DNA of 62,071 nucleotides, filler included, from Bipalium vagum (taxonomy: Eukaryota), in assembly GCA_037834085.1 (NCBI GenBank). It is 3 parts of 3 records of this genome, joined end to end, with 100 filler letters (N's around TTAATTAATTAA, not from the genome) between each part and the next. Parts side by side here need not be neighbours in the genome. Positions count along the whole stretch, not along the records: positions 43,700 to 62,071 come from JBBMKC010031173.1; 2 more parts are not named here. One strand, given 5' to 3'. The translations under genes and the position numbers were made by a program. The notes below the pieces were generated by a model. The model was given only the letters and a program-made list of their open reading frames with translations, had not been told where the DNA came from and searched no databases. The first letter of the stretch is position 1; each line of letters starts with the position of its first letter. Below are positions 51,301 through 62,071 of this stretch, piece by piece.

Positions 51301-54300
51301 TAAAAAATACTCTTTATTAAAATAATTGAATTTATTTTTATTGTTAATAAAATGTTGTTGAAAACAAAATCGAAGTTAATCTAATTTTTAATCTTTTCTG
51401 ATGACTATAAATAAAAAATATAAAAAAATTTATAAATAGTTGACAATAATCAAATATTATCTTTAAATATCAAGACAACCCTTTTTTTCGGTGCTATTGG
51501 GTTGGCAAGAAAATAAATTCTAATTTTTAAATAAAGACAATTAACTTCAATTTAAATGAAATAACTATTGTTTAAATATTATTAAACGATAATCGGTGGA
51601 ATAAAATTTAAATCTGTAAATTAAGTTAATATATTACTTTACTTTTTTTTTATTTGCCAGCTTTGAAATAGCGTTTCAGTATGAAATATCGAAATACGCT
51701 TTTGAGACATATTTTATTTTTCTATTAAATACATAACAAACTTTCAAAAAAAATATTTGAAGTGTATGGTGAGGATGCATTAAAGGAAGGCCAATGTCCG
51801 AATTGGTATTTAAAAATCTGAAGGCGTAATTTTTCACTCTTACTGTCCACTAGATGTCAATGAAGACAAAATAAAATAATTAATCAATGAGGACCGTCGC
51901 AAAGCAATGCATGATATTGCAAGGCAGCTCATCATATTACATGCAACCATCGAAACCTACGTGAAAAAATCCTAATTATAAATTTCTTACCCCTTAAGGA
52001 AAGTCATATTAGATAACGCTTTAGATTCTGCTATTTGCTTATTAAACACTAGAAAAATCTCCAATTTTGAAATAATATACGTGATAAAAGTAAATACTAT
52101 AAGTCAGAAAAAGCAGCACAGGCGTCATCAAAGGTTGATAATAATTAAAAGAAAGTTATGCTATGCTATTCTAAGATTATCAAAGAATCATATACTTCAA
52201 AATTTTGTAAACCAATCAAAGGATTTTAATTCTAATAATTGATAACTTGAGAAAATTGTACACGATAAAACAAGTAAAGCTCTCATGATTTTCAAACACA
52301 CTTCTTTGGCCACTCAGAAAAATTATTGAACCTTAGTTGGGATTTATATGGCCCATTATATAGTCCAGACCTTACCCAGAGTCTGACAAACCTTTCCACG
52401 TATCAATATATTTTAAACATCCATGTTTAACATGTTTTTTGTTAATGCTTCCTATTCGATCTTTTATTTCAATTTAAAAACGCTTTATCGCATCTGTATG
52501 CTTGATTCCACCAAGAACACATGTACCCTTTCACTGAATGCCCTCTGTGATATCTGTGTTTTCCAAACTTAGCTTCGTCTATTTCGACAATATTTGTGTC
52601 ACAAATTATTACTTGATCCTCAGTTTTAAATGCAGATTTCATAATTTGGGGAAATTATCTTCTGATAACTAAAACCTTTACTTGACCTGCAACCTATTAT
52701 CAATTATTAGAGACGAAGATGCTTCTGTAATCCATAAATGTACCATATACATGTAATATCTTTGAACATCTCCAGAAACGTTGCATTAACCGAAAAATTA
52801 AAGGTTTTAATTTAATTAATTAAAGGTTTTAATTAGAACTATCCGGCGCAAACCTAGTAACTATGATCTTTTTTTGCCCTATAATAACGCTCCTATTCAA
52901 ACATCAAAGAAATCCAAAGAAACATTAGCAAAAGTTGGATTTGTACAGCTGGACTATCCCCCTTACAGTCAAGATCTCCTCATGGAGAAGGATTAAAATT
53001 CTTTTAATTGGGCTTTAATGGAATGGTCGACCGGTGGAATACGTGAGTCAATGTAAACTTAGGTTATGTCTAAAAATGATACCTATACATGTTTATGTAT
53101 TGTTAATAAAAATTTTGTTCAGTTATCTTCATTATTTCTTGTAGAGTCTGAATAATTTTTAGCCTTACTACGTATCTTATATATTGTATTAGTATTTCTA
53201 TAACTATAATTTAATTTTTATTAACCAATTATATTCAAATATTTTGAAAGTTAAAAATGCTCATTTAAAACAACGATATATGCTGCAATTAAATTAAATT
53301 AAATCCATTTAAATATTTATTTTAATTTTTCAATAAATTTCGTGATTTAATTATTTCCTGCAATTTACCTTTTGACTTTAGAAAGATTTTCCTTAAAACT
53401 TAAATAATTTTCTATGGTTAAATTTACCAGTGTTTGAAAAGAGTTGTGTTTAAACAAAAAATATAATTCTAGTATTTTTCTTATAATTTGAGAAGCTTTA
53501 TGTATATAATATTTTTAAAAATAATTTTTGAAAAATAATATATATCTGTGACTGGTCATTATATATATATATGTATATACTGTAAAAAATAATAAAAATT
53601 TCACATTTCTAAATATTTGAACTTACTTGTTTTTTCATTGATTTCTATAAGTAACTTTTTCAAAAAATAATTATTTTTGTGTTTTATTATTTTTTAAAAT
53701 AAATAACTTGTATAAAACCAAATGATACATTTTATTAACATTTTGTTTGGTTTTTAAAATACTGTGATGAAATTGTTTATAATAATATAAATATTAGTAG
53801 TAGTAGTAGTTATATTAATATGTTTATTAATTAATAAGTTTATTAATAATAATTCATTTGATTTTTGAAAATAATGTGCAAAAAGATTGAATATAATTTT
53901 TCCAGGTATCTATTTACTAGATCAGTTGGGGTTGTTGAGTCTTGCTACCGTGTTAGCAGTCATAAATAACAAGGTTCGATACTTCAAATACATTCCAGAA
54001 TCAACTACTCGGAAACAATCTTCTGGATATAGATGTCCAGAATACAATAACGACAGTCCTATACTACAATTACAACATTCTAAAAATCGTCCTGCTAATA
54101 AAAACATCAAGACATCCCGAAAATTCGCCACCGACTTTAACTCGTCGAAATCATATCTAAATAACTCAATTAGAGTTAATTTTAATGTTGCAAATTCGTT
54201 GTCAAGACATTCATCTCCATCAATATCAATATCTTCCAACGAATTTATGCCTTTCTATCAACCCTCTACTGTAAATTTCTACAAGGATTTAGCTGATAAG

Positions 54301-54414
54301 TTTGATAAAATCGAAATGATTACATATCTTATTATTTCCATTATCAATGGTGTTTTCTGCTTAATAGTCGTCCCTTCCTATTTCCAAGATATCAATAATA
54401 ACCCACCTGATTAA
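48333..54414 (+). CDS. Cys-loop ligand-gated ion channel subunit (nAChR-like, non-alpha); exons 48333-48993 and 53906-54414, 5' exons not found
   Basis: VWSDNRLEWN..WLPDI, Cys-loop CPLDVRFFPFDVQTC, LRRQPLY-M1, M2 GDRLSVALSLVLSMTMYVVIV. A phase-1 GT-AG intron of 4.9 kb joins LPVI|GIYL (M3); M4 follows LADKFDKIEM. Confidence 0.93.
50012..50266 (-). mobile_element. mariner C-terminal remnant (intronic)
   Basis: FNDLDEVEKGCQEFFMSKDKEWYDRQIDELP. Confidence 0.75.
51498..52385 (+). mobile_element. mariner remnant with left TIR (intronic)
   Basis: TA-TTGGGTTGGCAA TIR-like start, KIFEVYGEDALKEGQCPNW, PLYSPDL. Confidence 0.8.
52385..52660 (-). mobile_element. Merlin/ISXO2-like transposase remnant (intronic)
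   Basis: NIVEIDEAKFGKHRYHRGHSVKG..VLGGI..DTWKG. Confidence 0.8.
52860..53075 (+). mobile_element. mariner remnant (intronic)
   Basis: NNAPIQTSK..LAKVGFVQLDYPPYSQDL. Confidence 0.75.
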
Positions 54415-54992
54415 GAAAATATTATCAAATAGTTATTTTTCCTAGTTTCATTATTACAATTATTAATAATAATATTGTATTAACATTAGAAAGCAAATAT
54501 ATGTTATCTTTTCATATCATTTAGAATTATAAATTCATTCTTAAAATATTTGCTACAATTTTGTCAAATTATAATCTTTTTAGCTTAAATGATTTGCCGA
54601 AAAGAAATGAAAATTTTGAAATTACATTTTTTCATAATTTATAAATTCAATAAATATTGATTTAGCTAAATTTTTAATTTTAGCTTCATTTGATTGTTCG
54701 ATTATTTAACCGAAAGTCACTTTGTAAAATTAGAAATTCCAAATTTTTAAAAAATAATATATTTTTTATTAATTTCATTTTACCAAAATTCAAATTTTTA
54801 TATAATATAAATGTTTAATTTTGTCTGGTAGTGCTCAAATTTATGATTCATGAATATAAATATTTAAAAATAATAAAATTGTTACTATTATCATTTTTAA
54901 TTATTGATTTCAAATTGTAACGCTTAATATTACTATGAAACTTTTACGTAACACTTAAATCATTAATTTATCTTAATGAACCCTTTCACTTT

Positions 54993-55400
54993 TGTCAATA
55001 ACGTGTTCGGAACTAACTGAATCAACAGTCAAAATAAAACTTTATTTTATCAATACAGATACACAATGGTCATCACTCAATAAATCAATCTAAATTGTAG
55101 AATGTCTCTGATTAATGAAATATGACGAATTCAAAATCAATAAATCGATCCCAATATACTGAAATCTAATCAATCAATAAATATAACAATCCAATCCGAT
55201 AACAATCAGATCAAATGTACTTAAGTCAAATATTAATTATTAAAGAGAATAGAAAAACAAACAAATTGAAGATCTCACCGCTTTAGAAGACGATGAGTCC
55301 TAGGGTTGTTTGATGAGCCAAACTCAATATGCTCATAAACGCTCTGTAGCACTAGGCCCATCGTTGAGTTCCGTCACATAAAAATTAGCATAAACAATAA
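54993..55400 (-). repeat. LTR-like repeat family B (copy 2)
   Basis: Shares terminus and hairpin core with the copy at 17266. Confidence 0.65.
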
Positions 55401-57501
55401 ATTTTCACAATTATGTTACTTCCGACGCAAATCCTTTAAAATATTAACAAATGAAGGGATCCATCAAACCCAACAACAGTCAACATCAAATCCGTCAATA
55501 TCCGACAACAAACCCGACAAGGAGGTCAATATAATAACAATTGATTAATTTATTATAAACCTTTTTGTGATCTAATTTACAATGTACATGAAATATGTAT
55601 ATGTAGTAATCTTTTATAAACCTTCGTGATCACCTTTTTATGATATGTAGTAATTTTTTATCTTTATATAAATCTTTGTATTCATCTTTTAAAATGATAA
55701 CATTTTATGAAACATTTTAGTTATTATAACATAAAAATAATAAATAAATAAAATTAAAATAATATTTTTTTATTTTTCTTAATTAAACTCATAAAATATT
55801 AATAATTTGGAAAAAAGTATAATTATCAAAAATAAATAAAAGATAAAATATATTGCCTAAAATAAACATTCGTCAAATAAAATAGAAAAGAAGTGTAAGT
55901 GTTTGGTTCGACGCTTACTATGAGGTCTAATCTCGAAAATATAAAAATGCTATCATTATTAATATACGTTAGAAATGAGCTCACCAACTACGTCAAAGGT
56001 TGTGTAACAAATGAGTGTTCTAAGATACGAACTAAGTCTAATTAAATCAACTGAGATAACACGATTTTTATTACAAAAATATATTTTGTAAAACAAATAC
56101 AACTCTTATCACAATAATAATATTAATTAATTGAAGTCTTCTTGGTTTTACGATAACCGAAGATGCCTTGGTGTTAAAAAATTTCGCCTAGAGCCAAGCA
56201 GAATCGAATTTCCAAGATAACAGAAAAACAGAAACGAGAGAATTTAATAGAAAGAACGTATTGCAGAGTATTTGCTCTGAATACGTTAATGATTATTTAA
56301 TTTACAATTTTCTCAAAAGAGATCGATGTACATTTTAAATATCCGAAGCGTATTTATTACCTTTTACCAGCTTAACTTGTCTAATGCGAAGTTAATTGCG
56401 ATTTGAATGAGAATACCAAGAGCTTATATACTCCTGATTTTCACATGCTAGATCTCTTGATTGGTGGAAAATAAAACTTTCCATAAATAGAGTAATATGT
56501 GAGTTTTTGCTATTTTAGGAAAGTTCTTATATTATAGAACTTACTAAATATAGTCTCACACATATTAATATTTTCTCATACTAATGTATTTTTAGTAAGT
56601 TTAATTTTCTGATTTATTATTACTCATTAAAATTATTTTTACCAATTTTGTGGGTTAAGTTTTAATTAACTTCAACCTACAATTTATATTATTATTATTT
56701 TATTTATTTATATTAATTAAAAACTTATATATAATTTAGATATTATTATTTTTTATAAAATATAAACTGAAGTATATAAAATAACATAGAGTCAAAATAT
56801 AAAAGAAAGTAAGCCTAACAAAGCTTTTTCATGCAAATTTTCACAATTAAAATGTTTATTAAGCGTCAATTATGAACTTTGGAGAATCATCCTCCATAAG
56901 TTCTTGTTCTAACTGTAGCGGCTCCCGTTCCTTTGTGGACTTTGGATTTGAATTGATGGGTGCTGGGACCTCTTTTTCTATGAATCCTAACAGAAGCATA
57001 TATACCAAAAATAAATAAAGATAAAATATATTTACCTAAAATAAATATTCGCTAGCAATCGCTAGCAATATAAGAAAGATTGCGATAAAATTGGTAAATA
57101 AAAATTAAGCCAATCAAGAACATCAAAGGCTATATAAGCCCTGTTCAAAATCAAACAAAATTTTTATCAAGTTGAGACGTAAAAAAATAATTTTAAAGTT
57201 GCACTTTGTAATAAAGTTGATAATTGGAGTTCAGATTTACTTTTTTTACCAGGTGAAATGGGTATGAATTAATATTAACATTTATTGATTTATACACCAG
57301 AAATAGTTTCTTGTTCCTTTAAAAGAAAAAACACGAAAATCAATAAAAAAATTCATTTGATGAAATGTTTAGAGATTATCAAAGAAAACCTGAAAAAATG
57401 GGTTGATAAAAATTGAGAATTTCACAAAAAACTTTAAAGAATTTTGTAAATAAGCTTCAAAGTAGTTTTTAAATTAAATTTATTTACCCATAAAATAAAG
57501 T

Positions 57502-57574
57502 ATTTAAGTAGCTCAGTTTTTAGAGCAGTCCAAGTATATGTAAAAAGTCCCGGGTTAGAATACCGGTATCTTCG
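57502..57574 (+). pseudogene. Degenerate tRNA (Ala-like) pseudogene or tRNA-derived SINE head
   Basis: A-box/D-arm GTAGCTCAGTTTTTAGAGC and T-arm GTCCCGGGTTAGAATACCGGTATCTTC; acceptor and anticodon stems are broken. Confidence 0.5.
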
Positions 57575-58925
57575 ATTAATTTTCAACTAACAAGTTGTAA
57601 TTTTAAAATTGTTTTTATTCTTAACAAAATTTCATATTAAATATTAAGTTTTTAAAAAAATGTCATTTTTTCTTTATATGAAAAAACAAAAACCCTAAAA
57701 ACACATTCCACAATACTTTTATAATAAACATTAATTAAATTAAAGTGATATTCAATAGATTATTGGACATTCTGATAAATGTAAAATTTTACTTATTGCC
57801 AATAGAAAATCGAATCCAATTGCAGTATTTTAGTCTTTGTTAAATAAAATATAACTTTGGCTACAATCAATTTTTAGTAAGAATATTGATTGAAGTAAAT
57901 GTCATTAATTTAAATTAAAATTTAATAGAACCACAAAAGATAAGAAAAAAAAGTATTATGCTGAGTAGTCTTAAACACAATTTGATCTCACTTCTCAAAT
58001 TTGTCGTTTTTCTTTGTTTAAAAAAATTTTATTTTTTATTAATAATCCATCAACAGAACATCTCAAACTTTATTTCTCATCTTGGATTATTCAAAAATTT
58101 TATATAACCGAACTGTCAAAATTATTTATTTGTTTCCGTAATTTTATAAAAATCTATCTGATTTTATTTTAATAACAAGTATATCATTGCTCCAAGTTAC
58201 CATTGGTTTCGGATAAAACCAGTCTCTGTCACTTTAAAGCCCTCAAACAGAGAACAGTACTAACAAATTTCAAGATAGTTGTGGTATGTCGAGGGAGAAA
58301 ATTTGTTTTCATCAATTTTATCGTGTTTTTCATGTAACATCAATAGATGTTTATTTTGTCATTATTATTTTATAATAATCTTCGACTTTGTTTATGCAAA
58401 CTATCTAAACCTGACTTTAATGCCAATCATTAAAAAAATCGATTGTTTTCATTATTGTTTCACATTTACAAATTTTTATTATTTAGGAACTTACGATTAA
58501 CGTAATTTCAGTTTTATTGATTGATGTACTGGAAATGAAAATACAATACGAGTATTATTAAAAAACCCCATAAACTTAATTTCGATAAGATAAACTTTCA
58601 AAGGGAAGAATTAAAAGTTAACAACTTTCAATCCAAGTTATCGATTTTCAATAATAACGATAAAATCGAACAAAAAATCAATCATATTAATCAATGATCA
58701 TAAAATTACCGGAGGTGAATTATATGAAAATTAACATTTACCAATATAAAGAAATCAGAAAACAATATTTACAATTATATCAGTTCCAACTTTGAATACA
58801 AATATTTCCAATACAGATCGGTGCGGAAAAAAATCGGGACAGTCGAGGGAATATAGAAAATTGTGACAAGTCTACACAATCACAGTTTTTTGAGAAAAGA
58901 TCAAAGAAAATTAAGATAAAAGCAA

Positions 58926-60074
58926 TTATTTACGAGACCCTGGTGTACGCCACTTTGCCATTTGAGCGAATATATCTCCTCTTAAATGTTGGGCCAGACA
59001 AATAACAATTATCTAAACGATCATGGCTTTCGTTGAGTCGAGAAAATAACAAATGATATTACTTGCAAGATGGCGATTCCAACTAGCACCCCAGCAACAG
59101 AAATGATATTATTCTCAATCCATTTCTGACCCGCAAAGACACATCCAATAGTATAAATCCGCTCGTTTCTTATTTTATTCATGCTTTTATCTCTAATCAT
59201 TCGTCCGCATAACAGATTTCTCATATTGTTCTAATCAGTCTGATATCAAACATCAATACTTGTGATAAATTTACCTTTGGAGTCGACTTGCAGCAAGAAG
59301 GAGGTACACCACATTTTTCGGAACTGGGCGAACTGCAGTTAAAATACATATTCAAGTCCCAATCATTCGGACTGTCGATACCACAACATAATAACTGGAA
59401 TTTTTATTTCATTATAACAATTATCATTTTTTTAACTAACCCAAATTTCTTGAACCCAATCAATTAAGTCACGCAAATCGATATTCTCTCGATAATTGAC
59501 AAGAATCGTTTTTAAGTTCAATTTAATTTGATCAATCATCCAATCTTTATATACAAATGTTAACACACAAACAATTGCTTCTAGACAAAATATAATTCCA
59601 ATTGTAACACAGAACTAAATTTAATTTTTAACTTAAAAATAAATCAATATTAAAATTTATAAAGTTACCAGCATCAACATTGTGGTATTTTCACGTAATG
59701 CACCAAAACATCCAAGAAATCCAATGCTAGAAAATAACATTCCAATAATTACAAAAAACAAAACTGGATCAATAGCTAAGTGAGTAAAATTTTTAAGATT
59801 GGTAAAATAGGACTTCTCAGTCCATGCCCAAACACCAATAGCCATTATAATGAGCCCTAAAATCTAAAACTAAGTAAAAACAGAAATATCTGAACAATTT
59901 ACATACCATAAAGATAACATTTAAAGAAAATAAAAAGTGTTTCAAAAAACATCCCACTTCTGATTTTTCACGCCGTCTTCTCTGAGCTCTTACTGCTCTG
60001 TGATATAATCGATCTAATGTAGCTATTCCAAAATGTCTATCTCTGTTATTTATCCTATTCGGGCGATTGGTCAT
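58926..60074 (-). CDS. Tetraspanin, TspanC8 subgroup (Tspan5/14/17/33-like), six exons: 60074-59907, 59863-59669, 59614-59441, 59394-59275, 59230-59063, 59012-58926
   Basis: Spliced frame is intact, with four TM segments, GCFGALREN, and an EC2 with eight Cys: CCG..DWDLNMYFNC..CGVPPSCC..CG..IYTIGC. All introns are GT-AG and about 43-54 nt. Confidence 0.95.
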
Positions 60075-60529
60075 TAGTTATTAATAATTTTAATTAATTA
60101 AAAGTTTTTATTTATTAAAATAAATTTAAACAATATTATTAATAATAAATTTTCATAAAAATACTAATAATAAAAAAAAGTAATTCAATTTTTTTTAAAA
60201 TACTATTTTCATTTAATTTAAATTTTGAAATAATTCTTTTGGATATCTAATTAGTGAAGTCAAACTCAGAATCAAAATTAAATTATTAAAATGACAGATG
60301 ATAAAAAAAATAAAAGTAATCACATGAAAGAAATAGAATAAAAAATAAAAATTGCATAATATCTTGTGAAACCTAAATAAATAAAATACTTTAAGGAGTT
60401 TTATAAGAATCAATGAAATTCTTAAATATTACTTACAATCCATTTAATAAAATGATCTTTTAATTTGATATATTCTATCCAATCTCTTCATGAATACGTA
60501 ATACTGACTTACGTTTTGCCTTCGGCCTT

Positions 60530-61102
60530 TTTTCTAAAATGTGGACAATGCCGAAAAATATGTCCGTGCTTCCCACATATTAATCATATTTTCTTCTTGG
60601 TGGTCGTAAACCTCTACATCTATTAGAGCCGTCTAGCAATTTCTTTCATCGAAAATGCTGGAGGGTCTCTTCGACCAACGAAAGCTGCTTCATCTTTAAC
60701 CCCTTGGACATCACAGTGGTTAGCATTGTGAGATTCTCTCATTCCACAATGCTGTCTGATTGGTTTTGTATCTAGGTATTCAGAGGCTATGGTCGTCTAT
60801 GATATTTCCACCCTGAACCATCTCTACATAACTTCGATGTAGTACTGCATTTACTTGTGTGGTTTCCTTTTCAGAACTTTTCTGCTCCCTATTCTCATAA
60901 ATCTTTGCCAAACTTCTGATATCTTCTACTTTAATATTTCTTTAATATCTGATTTCGTCGTGAGTATTTCTTTGAGTCCATTGCTTTTTGTTCTTTTTGG
61001 CAGGAAATCTATAAACATTTCTTCCTATGATAACGTATGCATTTTTGAATCTGAACAAACAAACTCACTTTTTTATAAAAATAAAGAACGTCAGGCTCAC
61101 CA
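60530..61102 (-). mobile_element. PBS followed by Gypsy gag remnant
   Basis: PBS-like TGGTGAGCCTGAC (61102-61090) right after the LTR end; zinc knuckle remnant ICGKHGHIFRHCP at ~60540-60580. Confidence 0.65.
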
Positions 61103-61104
61103 AA

Positions 61105-62071
61105 TTTAAGATCCTAAAAAGGTGTGAATAGGTGGAGCTGTTTATTTAGGTCTTAACGGCGAAGATTGATTTTAATTAAAATTACTGAGATAAAAATTTG
61201 GGTTTTAAAAAAATATTTTTTATAAACAATATGATTTTGTACAAAGCGTGATTATCGTCCTTGAGTGATATTAAAGTTTGATTGATTTTATTATTAAGGG
61301 TTATTATTTATGAAAAATCCTCTCGCTCTTAGGCTCAGACATCCTCAGTGAAGATGTAAGCTATCTCACCGCCCTACTTAGCGTGTGAAATAAGAAGAAA
61401 AAAGGAAAAAGTTAGGGAAATAAAAAATTTTAAAAATATTTGATCCTCAGATCCTGGTATGAGTATTTATTTATTTACCTATAACAAACTTAGTTTTGTC
61501 TAACAAAACAAGTTTGCGTTAATTAAATGATATACGTATACAAAAGAAAATGAGAAGTTTTATTATGCAATCGATTTAATTTATTATTGATAAATGAATT
61601 CTGTATACGTAAAAAGGTGACATATTTTACACTTTGTTTCACTTGATGAAACAAGTTAAAATATCAAATATAATAAAGAATGAACACTATTAAAATTAAT
61701 ACTAAATGAATTATAACAAGTATTATATAAGTTAGTTCTTCTTTACTACACATTGAAAAGACGTCAGAGTTATAAAAAGTATTTATTCAAGCAAAACATA
61801 ATTACGTAACACGTAACTACCCCTTCAATTAAGACTGATGGCACTTCTTCAGCCATTCAATTCTCCTCAGTTTGATTCCTTCTGGACCTGTCAGTTCAAC
61901 TTGGTGTGGGAATAGGAAGCTTGTGATCTTGTATGGACCTTCATATTGGAAATTATTCTTCTTTCTGTTTTGCGGCTCTTTCCGTAGCAATACCTCTTCT
62001 CCAATTGAAAACTCACGTCGACCTCTAATATCCGTTTCGAAGTTCTTCATTTTATCAGCTGCAATGTCTAA
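61105..62071 (-). mobile_element. Gypsy element 3' end: integrase C-terminus, PPT and family C LTR (~61811-61105)
   Basis: FSIGEEVLLRK..FQYEGPYKI (GPY/F module) ends at 61829; polypurine tract GAAGGGGTAG 61826-61817; LTR starts TGTTACG. Confidence 0.88.

Noticed and set aside
53922-54239. Antisense or overlapping ORFs (53922-54239, 48704-48892, 40596-40805, 42438-42638)
   Set aside because: Shadows of real or fossil coding frames.
16358-62071. Apparent single-strand bias of LTR remnants (flamenco-like piRNA cluster)
   Set aside because: A family C copy at 24890 is inverted, DNA transposon and PolB remnants occur on both strands, and the window spans artificial joins.

Overview
Very AT-rich eukaryotic (animal) genomic DNA. 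The 40-60 nt introns, base composition and transposon types suggest a planarian-like flatworm (inference). Three assembly gaps are present, and two carry an artificial TTAATTAATTAA linker. There are four recognisable host genes: a UBXN7-like UBA-UAS-UBX gene (+), mitochondrial ribosomal protein L33 directly behind it (+), the 3' two exons of a divergent Cys-loop/nAChR-like subunit (+), and a complete six-exon TspanC8 tetraspanin (-). Most of the rest is decayed mobile DNA: Gypsy LTRs and gag/integrase pieces, mariner, Tc1, hAT, Chapaev, Merlin, Penelope and a MITE. It also holds remnants of a Polinton/adintovirus-like endogenous DNA virus: three decayed protein-primed PolB genes and a protein-X-like fragment. 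The most striking item is an almost intact PD-(D/E)xK ORF resembling Eco47II-type restriction endonucleases, directly upstream of the best-preserved PolB. Other leads are LTR-associated hairpins with compensatory changes, a possible trans-spliced UBXN7-MRPL33 operon, and a nAChR-like subunit lacking the canonical acetylcholine site. All family assignments come from motif recognition by eye; no searches were run.
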